A stretch of 64,000 bases of DNA, from NCBI GenBank assembly GCA_963797545.1, contig CAWCPU010000003.1, positions 54,703 to 118,702 of the forward strand, given 5' to 3'. Positions 19,880 to 31,500 of this stretch are shown here, one piece after another (position 1 is the stretch's first letter; each line of letters starts with the position of its first letter). The notes beneath the pieces are model-generated. The model ran no database searches. It was not told the origin of the DNA and worked only from the letters and a program-made list of their open reading frames with translations. Both the position numbers and the translations under genes were made by a program. The DNA comes from an uncultured delta proteobacterium. GTDB lineage: Bacteria > Desulfobacterota > Binatia > UTPRO1.

Positions 19880-20921
19880 TCAGCGCGCGGGGCGCAGCTC
19901 GCGGAAAAACGCCCGAAGGTCGTCGATGAGGAGCGCGGGCTCCTCGGCTGCGGCGAAGTGCCCGCCGCGGGGCATGACGGTCCAGCGGCGCACGTTGGCG
20001 TGCTGCTCGGCGACCCGCCTCGGAACCAGGATGACGTCCTTCGGAAACACCGCGAACGCCGTCGCGGCTTCGATCGCGGGTGTTCGATCGTGGCTCGGCC
20101 GCCACGGGTGACGCACGTTCTCCGCATAGAACCGTAGGCTCGTCGCAACCGTCCCGGTGAGCCAGTACAGCGCCACGGTCGTGATGAGCTCGTCGCGCGT
20201 GAAGCAACGGAAGACGTCGCCGTCGCAGTCGCTCCACGCACGCCGCCGTTCGAGCATCCAGGCCAGCAGCCCGACCGGAGAGTCCTGAAGCCCATACGCG
20301 AGGGTCTGCGGGTCGCGCTGATGGACGGTCAGATGGCTCACGATCTTGCCGCGCATCTCGCGGACGTGCGTGAACCACCCGGCTTCGTCGTCGGCGTAGT
20401 CGTCGGCGCGCAGCGCCGCGTAGTCGCATCCCGGGATGCCGGCGATGCTCTCGTGGATGCCATACACGTGGTCGGCGAAGCGATGGCCGATCTCGGCGGT
20501 GACCCACGCTCCCCAGTCGCCGCCGTGGGCCGCGTAGCGCTCGAAGCCGAGGACCTCGCGCATCATCCGATCCCACAGCTCGGCGACGCGTCCGTAGGTC
20601 ACGCCGGCGCGAGTGAGCGGAGAGGAGAATCCGAAGCCGGGGAGCGACGGGACGATCACCTCGAAGGCATCGGCCGGATCTCCGCCGTACGCGGCCGGGT
20701 CCGAGAGCGGAGTGCGGCCAGCGATTCATCGCCGCTTCTTGCGCGCGCCAATCGAAGGCGTGGCGCCAATGCTCGACCAGCGCGCGCAGCGCGGGCTCGG
20801 CGACGCCGTAGCGCCAGTCGTCGTTCGCGAAGTCGCCGGGCCACCGAACGCGATCGAGGCGGGACGCCAGGTCGTCGAGCTGCGCCTGCTCGATCGCGAT
20901 CTCGAAGCGCTCAGGTGTCAC
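19880..20921 (-). CDS. Epoxide hydrolase (EH N-terminal domain plus alpha/beta-hydrolase), frameshift near 20680
   Basis: N-terminus MTPERFEIAIEQAQLDDLASRLDRVRWPGDFANDDWRYGV in ORF 19644..20921. Hydrolase core continues in ORF 19880..20659. Confidence 0.7.
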
Positions 20922-21115
20922 GGCCGCGACTTCCAGTCACCAGCGCGGGTGGCACCACGAGCGAACCGGAGATCCGAACGTCGTCGCGACGTCGCATCGT
21001 GCGACGCGGCCCTCGCGTTCGCTGCAAAGCTTGCTACGATAGACCGTCAGCAGCTCGTGACCGGGTGGAGGGGGGGCCGATGAATTCCGCCGCAGCACGT
21101 CCGAGCGCCTGAATC

Positions 21116-23037
<1,922 letters not shown>

Positions 23038-23079
23038 GCCGACCGGCGCGGGCGAGCCGTTCGGCTCGGCTCGTCGCGA

Positions 23080-23562
23080 TCAGGGCTCGGGATGCAGCGC
23101 CCGGCGGAGGATCGCGCAGAGCGATCGCAGCTCCGCGTCCGACAGGCGGGCGATCACCTCGGCGGGGACCGCAAGTCCCGCGACGATGCGCTTGCGCGCC
23201 TCGACGCCGCGGCGGGTGAGCGCGAGCGTCTTCACGCGCCGATCGTGATCGGGGGTACGGCGCTCGACCAGGGCGCGCGCCTCGAGACGATCGACGATCC
23301 CCGTGATGTTGGAGGCGTCGCACCCGAGCGATTCCGCGAGCGCGCGCATCGCAATCACCTTCCCCGGCTCGATGAGCCGCAGGACGTGGCACTGCTGCGG
23401 TGACAGCTCGAGCTCGGCCGCGAGCTCCGGCATGCGGTCACGGACGGCGGCGCAGAGCTCGGTCACGAGCCGCCACGCCTCGCACACCGCAGGTCGCTTG
23501 CCGGCGCCGCCCCCGTGCACGACCGCACGATAGTCGAGGACGTCAATGGTTGACAACCTCAA
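23080..23562 (-). CDS. MarR-family transcriptional regulator
   Basis: wHTH core ...[49 protein letters not shown]... Confidence 0.8.
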   Translation of the reverse strand: MRLSTIDVLDYRAVVHGGGAGKRPAVCEAWRLVTELCAAVRDRMPELAAELELSPQQCHVLRLIEPGKVIAMRALAESLGCDASNITGIVDRLEARALVERRTPDHDRRVKTLALTRRGVEARKRIVAGLAVPAEVIARLSDAELRSLCAILRRALHPEP

Positions 23563-23578
23563 GGACCGATCTTACCTT
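23550..23578 (+). promoter_or_regulatory. Candidate sigma-70-type promoter (TTGACA-17-TACCTT) that would give a leaderless lon transcript; overlaps the marR start
   Basis: ttgaca at 23550-23555, 17-nt spacer, tacctt at 23573-23578, lon ATG at 23586. Confidence 0.3.
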
Positions 23579-23585
23579 CGACCGC

Positions 23586-25899
23586 ATGACCAAATTGAGG
23601 CTGATCCCCCTCGACGAGATCGTCGTTTTCCCCAACATGGACGTGACCTTGCCGGTCGACGTCGGCGACGAGAAGCGCGTCTTCCTGGTCCCCCGCCACG
23701 GCAGCGACTACGCCAACGTCGGCACCGTCGCCGACGTCGTCAAGAAGGTCCGCCTGCCGGGCGGCGGCCGCGCCTTCGCGGTCGCGGGACGCCATCGCGG
23801 CGTCGCCGGGGCGGCGTCGTCGGACCCCGACGGCGCGCTGCGCGTCGAGGTCGAGGAGCGGCCCGACGCGACGCCGCCGCCGAGCCGCACGCGCGAGCTC
23901 GAGCGCGAGTACCGCGCCGTCGTCGAGGAGATCCTCGAGCTGCGCGGCGACGACGGCCGCGTCAGCGCGTTCGTGCGCTCGATCACCGAGCCCGGCGCGC
24001 TCGCCGACACCACCGGCTACTCGCCCGACGTGTCGTTCGAGCAGAAGGTCGAGCTGCTCGCAGACGCTCGACGTCGTCGAGCGGCTCGAGATGGCGCTCG
24101 CGATCCAGCACGAGCGCCTGGCGGAGCTGCAGGTCCGCAAGCGCATCCGCGAGGACGTCGAGTCCGGCGCGCAGAAGCAGCAGCGCGAGTACTTGCTGCG
24201 CCGGCAGATGGACTCGATCCGCAAGGAGCTCGGCGAGGACGACGCGTCGGTCGTCGAGGAGTACCGGAAGAAGATCGCCGACGCCGGCATGCCCGAGGCG
24301 GTGCGGGCGCAGGCCGAGCGCGAGCTCGGGCGCCTCGAGCGCATGGGCGAGCAGAGCGCCGAGTCGTCGATGATCCGCACGTACCTCGATTGGCTGATCG
24401 CGGTGCCGTGGTCGCAGCGCTCCGAGGAGCGGCTCGATCCCGTCCACGCGCGCGAGGTGCTCGACGCCGATCACGCCGGCCTCGAGGACGTGAAGACCCG
24501 CATCACCGAGTACCTCGCCGTGCGGAAGCTTCGCGCCGAGCGCGGCGTCGCCGACGACCGCCGCTCCGGCGTGATCCTGACGCTCATCGGCCCGCCGGGA
24601 ACCGGCAAGACGTCGATCGGCGAGTCGATCGCGCGCGCGACCGGGCGGAAGTTCGTCCGCATGTCGCTCGGCGGCGTGCGCGACGAGGCGGAGATCCGCG
24701 GCCACCGGCGCACCTACATCGGCGCCCTGCCCGGGCGTCTGGTGCGCGCGCTGCGCGACGCCGGCACCATGAACCCGGTCATCATGCTCGACGAGGTCGA
24801 CAAGGTCGGCGCCGACTGGCGCGGCGATCCGTCGGCCGCGCTGCTCGAGGTGCTCGACCCGGCGCAGAACCACTCGTTCCGCGACCACTACCTCGACGTC
24901 GAGCTCGACCTCTCGCACGTCCTCTTCATCGCCACCGCGAACGTCGCCGACACCATCCCCGGCCCGCTCCTCGACCGCATGGAGGTGATCCGCTTCGACG
25001 GCTACACCGTCGAGGAGAAGGTCGCGATCGCGCGCGGCTACCTCTGGCCGCGCCAGGTCGAGCAGAACGGCCTGCGTCCCGAGGAGGTCACGGTCGAGGA
25101 CGCCGTGCTGCGGACGGTCGTCGACGAGTACACGCGCGAGGCCGGCGTCCGTCAGCTCGAGCGCGAGCTCGGCAAGGTGCTGCGGAAGACCGCGACGAAG
25201 ATCGCGTCGCGGGCGGCGACGCCGACGCCGACGGCGCGGCCGCGTCGCCCGTCGTCGTCGACATGGCGGCGGTGCGCGAGGCGCTCGGCCGGCAGAAGTT
25301 CTTCCAGGAGGCGGCGATCCGGACGGCGGTGCCGGGCGTCGCGACCGGTCTCGCCGTCACCGGCACCGGCGGCGAGGTGCTGTTCGTCGAGGCCGCGGCG
25401 ATGCCGACGAACGGCCACGGCGCCCTCGTCCTCACCGGCCAGCTCGGCGACGTCATGAAGGAGTCGGCGCGGATCGCGCTGACGTACGTGCGCAGCCACG
25501 CCGACACGCTCGGGATCGACGCGCACGCCTTCGACGGCCGCGAGTTCCACGTCCACGTCCCCGCGGGCGCGATCCCGAAGGACGGCCCGAGCGCCGGCAT
25601 CACGATGGCGACCGCGATAGCCTCGCTGCATGACCGGCCGGCCGGTGAAGTCGACGTTCGGCATGACCGGCGAGGTCACGTTGCAGGGCCGCGTCCTGCC
25701 GATCGGCGGCCTCAAGCAGAAGGTCCTCGCTGCCCACGCAGCCGGGCTCACCGACGTGATCCTGCCCGACCGCAACGCGCCCGACCTCGACGAGGTCCCG
25801 CGCGAGGTTCGCGACCGGATGCGCTTCCACCCGGTGGCGACGATGGACGAGGTGCTCGCGCTGGCGCTGCCGCCGGACCCGGTCGCGCTGGCGGCATAA
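23586..25899 (+). CDS. lon: ATP-dependent Lon protease (Lon N-terminal domain, AAA+, S16 protease), at least 3 frameshifts (~24060, ~25200, ~25640)
   Basis: [24 protein letters not shown]... (N domain), GPPGTGKTS Walker [19 protein letters not shown] protease motif; the protein is reassembled from ORFs 23400, 24091 and 25630. Confidence 0.85.
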
Positions 25900-25981
25900 C
25901 GAATCGACGGGCGCGGTGCGCCGAGCACGGTGCGCCGCGCCCGGTGACGCGGATCCCCGAAACGTTCCGCTGCGGTGCGGC

Positions 25982-26194
25982 CTAGATGTGGCTCGAGATC
26001 AGTCGCGCGCCGCAGTCGACACAGAACGCCGCATGAGAGCGGCGCGCAGCGGCGTGGCTGCTGTCGGTGCACGGCTGGGGACGAATGTCGTCGTTCACGA
26101 CGCCGCCGCATTGGGGACAATGACCGACAGGTGCATTCGCCCGCCGGTGATTTCGATTGTCACACGGGTTTGCTGATCTCGATTGTCCGATCAT
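25982..26194 (-). CDS. Small zinc-ribbon protein (~70 aa, CPQC..CVDC)
   Basis: ATG-initiated frame ...[22 protein letters not shown]...[14 protein letters not shown]; lies in a locally lower-GC patch. Confidence 0.35.
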   Translation of the reverse strand: MIGQSRSANPCDNRNHRRANAPVGHCPQCGGVVNDDIRPQPCTDSSHAAARRSHAAFCVDCGARLISSHI

Positions 26195-26480
26195 ACTCGG
26201 ATTCCCTCTCCAATCTCCGCCGGACATAACCGGCGTCCATGCCGAGTGCGTCGCACAGGTTCTCGAAGCTGAAGGGCCATGCGCGGTCGGTGCTTGCCAT
26301 GTACGCGATGGCTTTACGTGCGCCGCCCGCGTTGACCGGCGCTTCGGGATGCACCTTCCGGCGGTAGATGCTGCCGCGACAATCATCGACGACGGTCTGC
26401 AACACCGCGGCCATCAGCTTACGGTGCGGATCGACCCGGCGTATGCGAGCGGCGTCGGTATCCTTCGTCGAAACCATCAT
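26160..26480 (-). CDS. Hypothetical protein (106 aa)
   Basis: ORF with protein-like composition, no Arg-rich junk, local GC about 58%; no recognisable family. Confidence 0.35.
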   Translation of the reverse strand: MMVSTKDTDAARIRRVDPHRKLMAAVLQTVVDDCRGSIYRRKVHPEAPVNAGGARKAIAYMASTDRAWPFSFENLCDALGMDAGYVRRRLERESEYDRTIEISKPV

Positions 26481-26649
26481 TGGAAGCTCCTATGCCGGCG
26501 ACGTGTTCGGGACGCGTCCGCCGATCAGCGTGGTGGAGCGCTGCGCGCGCTTCGTGCAGCAACGTGCAAGAGGTGAAGCGGAGGGAGCACGGCATCGCCG
26601 GCGCGTCGTCGCGCCGGCGTCGCGATCATGCTCCCGGCCGCCGACGCGC

Positions 26650-26901
26650 TTACGCTCGTGCTTTTGCTTCGTTGACCCGGATCGCGCGACCCTTGAGATC
26701 CGTGCCGTCGAGCTGCTGAATTGCCTTTTGCGCGTCAGCGCTCGACGACATCTCGACGAAGCCGAATCCGCGGCTCTGGCCGGTGCCGCGGTCCGTGACC
26801 ACCGCGACCGAGTCGCAGGCACCGATCGCGCCGAACACTTCTTGGAGCTCTTTGTCCGTGACGTCGAATCCGAGATTGCCCACGTAGAGTTTCTGGCCCA
26901 T
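26650..26901 (-). CDS. RNA-binding protein with RRM domain (RNP-1 RGFGFVEM)
   Basis: MGQKLYVGNLGFDVTDKELQEVF...SRGFGFVEMSSSADAQKAIQQLDGTDLKGRAIRVNEA. Confidence 0.85.
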   Translation of the reverse strand: MGQKLYVGNLGFDVTDKELQEVFGAIGACDSVAVVTDRGTGQSRGFGFVEMSSSADAQKAIQQLDGTDLKGRAIRVNEAKARA

Positions 26902-27214
26902 TGCATACCCCCTTGATCATTGCAGCGCGTTCAGACGCGGACGATTCCGCGCACCAATAGGCGCTGATGTGATTGGCTGCTGAATGTGAGGGCGGGATGC
27001 GAACGGAAACGTGAGATTCTCGCGCCGGACAGTCAGGTTGATGTCGCCGACCGTACCAGCTGCGGGTCGTCACTACAATCGCAGACCCCGATGAGAATGC
27101 GAGTCGCCGTCGCGGGCGGCGTTTGTCGCATGCGGCGAATTCTCCATTTAGCGGTACGTCTTCGTGTACTTACGTGTGAGTTGAAACGTACGCCGACGCG
27201 GGAGATCATGCGCC

Positions 27215-27436
27215 GTGGCCGACATCGTCGACGTCCCGTACACCGCGCTCTCTCCTGGTGCGCTCGTTCGCCTCGTCGAAGAATTCGTGACCCGTGCCGG
27301 AACCGACTACGGTGCCCATGAGCGGGCGGTGGACCAGAAGGTTGCCGACGTCATGCGTCAGCTCGCGCACGGCGAAGCGCGGATCGTCTACGACCCGGAG
27401 ACGGAGACCGCGAACATCGTCGCCATCGCGTCATAG
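27215..27436 (+). CDS. yheU: YheU-family protein (UPF0270)
   Basis: GTDYGAHERAVDQKVADVMRQLAHGEARIVYD closely matches E. coli YheU ([31 protein letters not shown]). Confidence 0.8.
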   Translation: MADIVDVPYTALSPGALVRLVEEFVTRAGTDYGAHERAVDQKVADVMRQLAHGEARIVYDPETETANIVAIAS

Positions 27437-27656
27437 CCGCGCCCGCCCCGCACACTCTCGGCCATCGCCAAGCGAGTTCCTGAAGCAGAGCGCAAGGAAC
27501 GGGGCCGAGCGCCGTTCCGGGGACGCTTCGCAGCGATCCCGGCGTGAATGCGGAGCGTATCGTCGGGCGCGTACGCGCCAGTCGCGTCCACGAAAACTCG
27601 CACGACCGATGCCCGCACCGTTGTTAGGCATGCTACGAGGATGCTATTGGCATCCC

Positions 27657-27893
27657 ATGGCAAACCTTCAGGTCAAGAATGTCCCGGCCGCGCTCCACCG
27701 CCGCATCCGCGCGTACGCCAAGCGGCGCGGCCGAACGGTACGCGACGTCGTGCTCGAAGCGGTGAATCGCGAGATCGAGCGCGACGAGTTCCGCGCTCGC
27801 CTCGCCACGCGACAGCCGGTCGATCTCGGCCGGCCCGCGGCGCGTTCGCTCGAAGAGATCCGCGCCGAGCGTGAACGCGAGCTCGGGAGTTGA
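27657..27893 (+). CDS. Ribbon-helix-helix antitoxin (VapB-like)
   Basis: MANLQVKNVPAALHRRIRAYAKRRGRTVRDVVLEAVNREI; ATGA overlap with the downstream PIN toxin. Confidence 0.75.
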   Translation: MANLQVKNVPAALHRRIRAYAKRRGRTVRDVVLEAVNREIERDEFRARLATRQPVDLGRPAARSLEEIRAERERELGS

Positions 27894-28288
27894 TGTTCGT
27901 AGTCGACGCGTCGGCGGCAGTCGAGTACCTGCTGCTGACCACGCTCGGCGAGCGCGTGTCGGGGGTGCTGGGTGACGCGGCGCTGGCAGCGCCGGAGCTT
28001 CTCGACGCGGAGGTGCTCGCCGTGCTGCGCCGCGAAGTCCTGGCCGGCCGGCTCCGCGAGCGCAGGGCCGCCGAGGCGGTCGACGACCTGCACGACTGGG
28101 GAATCGAACGCCTTGCGCATCGGCCCCTGCTCGATGAGGCATGGTCGTTGCGTGGCCACGTCACCGCGTATGACGCGCTCTACGTCGCGGCGTCGCGCAC
28201 CCGCGATGCACCGCTGATCACGGCCGACGGGCCTCTCGCGCGCGCTCCCGCGCTCGGGATCGTCGTTCACAACGTGCGGATCGCGTGA
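27893..28288 (+). CDS. vapC: PIN-domain toxin VapC
   Basis: MFVVDASAAVEYLL...DAEVLAVLRR...AYDALYVAAS...APLITADGPLA. Confidence 0.8.
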   Translation: MFVVDASAAVEYLLLTTLGERVSGVLGDAALAAPELLDAEVLAVLRREVLAGRLRERRAAEAVDDLHDWGIERLAHRPLLDEAWSLRGHVTAYDALYVAASRTRDAPLITADGPLARAPALGIVVHNVRIA

Positions 28289-28589
28289 GCTCGGACGTAC
28301 CGGCTTTCGCAGCGGTTCGCCGGCACATGGGGACGCCGCAGCCGTTCGCCGCCGACCTCAACCCGTCGACGTCTCTGCGCGTCCACGTGGACCGATGAGT
28401 TCGGCCGGCGCGTCGGCGCTACTTCGCGTGAGCCGAGCTGCTGCGGCGCGTGCGTGGTGCTCGAGATCGGTGATGACGGTCGAGCATTCGACGCCCACGC
28501 ATACTTCCAGATGCCGCCGGCCTCAGCGGGGCTCGACCGCGAAGGCGGTGCGCTCCACGCCTCGGGTTCGGTGACTTCGGCGTGGCGGT

Positions 28590-31500
28590 TCAGTCGAGCT
28601 TCAGGGACGGGACGCACAGCTCCTCGAACGCCTTGACGCTCAGCACCTCGGAGCCGAACTGGTCCGTCGTCGAGACGGACTGCCGCGCGAACTTCGGCTG
28701 CGCGGGCTTCTGCCTCGTCAGCTTCGCGAGATAGCAGACGAGGTGCATCTCGTGCGCCGGGGCGTCCGGCGCCTCGCCGTTCTTGTTTGTCGGGGCGCAC
28801 AGGAGCTTCGGCCGCTTGAGGTCGTACGTGAGCGGGCCGCCGAACTCGTCCGTGAGGGTCACCCTCGCCGGCATGAACTTCGGGAACGGCCGCTGACCCC
28901 GCTTCGCCTTGGCAACCGTGGCCCGGTAGCACGTGAAATGGTCGACGGTCGTGCCGCCGAGCGGTGGCGTGCCCTCCGTCCCGAGTGCCTTGGCTGCGGG
29001 GACGAGCAACCGGTCGACGGCAGTGACCTTGAGCTTGAGCAGACCGATCTGGTTCACGACCGTGTGGACGCTCGGCGTGAGCTTCGGCTGACGCGGATCG
29101 GTCTTCGTGAGCTTCGCCTGGTAGCCCGCGAGGTGCGTCGCGTGTCCCGGTGCCGAGGCGTCCTCGTCGTTCTTGTTTGCCGGGTTGCAGATCACGAGCG
29201 GCTTCTTGAGGTCGAGCTCGTGCTGGTCGTTCGGCTCGCCCGTGCTGAACTGATCGACCGCGGTCACCGTGGTCGGCGTGAACTTCGGAAAGGGCGGCGT
29301 GCCCCGCGACGCTTTCGCAGGCGTCGCTTTGTAGCACGCGAAGTGGTCGAGCTCGGTGGCGATGGGCGCGAACAGGGCGAAGACGGCGGAGGCGTCGGCG
29401 GGCGCGTACTGCGCGTCGCCGGCGAAGCTCGCCGACAGCGTCTCGATCCCGATCGCGCCGCTCGGCGTGAGCTCGCAGCTCGCGATCCCCGTGCCGTCCG
29501 TGACGCCGTCGCAGCTGCCGCCGCCGACTTCGAAGTGGATGGAGACGCCGCCGACCGGTGCGGCGGTCTCCTCCGAGACGTCGGTGAGCTCCGCCATCAC
29601 GGTGACCGACGTGTCGGGCATGGCGCTCGTCGGGCTCGGGTCGAGCGTCAAGAAGGTCACGTGCTTGCCCGCCGCCCAGTCGATCCGTGCCGTATTGGAC
29701 TCGAGGGCACCCTCGCTGATCGTCGTGGTCGCGACGATGCTGTCCGTTCCGGTGTGGATGCCGAGGTGGCTGAACGAGGCCGTTCCGTCGGCCTCGAGCT
29801 GCACTTGCCTGATCTCCGGATTGGCGCCGCTCACGCGGAAGATGACGCCGGTACCGGGAGCCGCGGCCGCGTTGAGGAGGCGAGCGGTGAACGTCTCTGC
29901 GGTGCCCTGCGCCGGATCGGGCACGATCGTCCCCGGCGTCAGCGTGAGCGCGGGCGCGGCATTGCTCGGCACGAAGCTGCAGCCGCCGTCGGGATCCGTG
30001 ACCCGGTGCACGGCGACGCCGTTGTCCGCGTAGAGGCATCCGTCCGGACCGATCACGCCGCCGCCGAGGTCCGTCGCGATGGTGATCGACGTAGGTGGGT
30101 TGGCGGTAATGTCGGTGAGCTTGAGCCCGTCGGTGGCGAAGGTGACGAGCGATCGCGCTTCGCCGTCCGGATCGGTCTCGCCGACGTTCACCCAGAAGAT
30201 CGAGCTCACGCCGGTGAGCGGCGTGACCGTCGGCGGCGACGGCTCGCTCGTGCCGCTCACGCGGTAAACGGGCGGCGAGGGGCTCGTGTAGCCGGAGACC
30301 ACGTACACGCTGCCGTTCGGAGCGAAGGCAAGGTTCCCGTTCGGCGTGTTCGGAAGCGTGGCGTAGACCTCGACCGTCGGATTCGCCGCAGCCGGGTTGC
30401 GGATGCGATGAATCGCGGGGTCGTCGGACCCGGCACCGAAGCAGCCGTCGTCGTAGAACAGGTCGCCGCTCACGGGGTCGACGGCGAGCGTCAACGGACA
30501 GCGGAGGTTGGCCGCGACCGTTCGCACCGCGGCGCCCGTGGCCGGATCGATCTCGAGAATCGCGCCCGTGTTGAAGTTCCCCGTCGTCGCCACGCGGGAC
30601 GCGTAGATCCGACCGTCCTTCCCGACGACCGGGGCGCCGAGCGTCGGGCCGAGCGTCGCGAGACGGTTCCCGGTCGTCGCCACGCCGCCGCCGGCCCCGA
30701 GCTCGAAGACGTCGCCGCTCAGGAAGTTCACGACGTAGACGTCGTCGCCGCGAAACCCGGGCGCGGTCGCCCCGCGGCAGCCGCCGAAATTGACGCCGCC
30801 GAAGCTCAGCGTGCCCGTCGTGAATCCCGTGATGAACGGTGTGACGACGTAGCCGTTCTGTCCAGCCGGCGGCACGATGCTCGCGGCGCAGGCGGTGTTC
30901 GGGCCGCTGCTGAACGTCACGACCGCGCTGCCGGGAACCGGGAGATCGCCGTCGGTCACGTCGACGGCGGTGTAGGTGACGGTCTCGTTCACCTGATCGC
31001 TCGCCGTGAACTGGATCTGACCATTGGCGTCGGTCACCTGCGGGTTGGGTGCGACGATGATCGAGTGGCCGTTGCCCTGGGCGAGCATGACCTGCTTGCC
31101 GGCGGTAGGACGGCCGAGGGTGTCTTGCAGCGTCACCGTGATCGCGGTCGTGCTCAAGCCGTCCGCCGTGACCGTCGTCGGGCTCGCGTCGATGCTGGCG
31201 CCCACCGCCTGTGGGACACCGAACGTGATCGTCGCCGTTTGCTGGATCGGGGTACCGTCCACGCTGGCGCTGAACGTCACGTCCTCGGGCGTCAGGTCGG
31301 TGACCGTGAAGACGGCGGCGCCGTTGGTCTCCGAGCTGGTCACCGATCCGGGAGGCGAGATCACGGCGTCGCTCCCGGCGTTGGCCGCGAGCGCGACGCT
31401 CTTGCCGCCGACGGTGTGCTCGTTGGCGTCCCGCACGATCACGGTGACCGTCGCTGCGGCCTGACCGTCAGCTGGAATGACCAGGAACGGCGGGGCTTCG

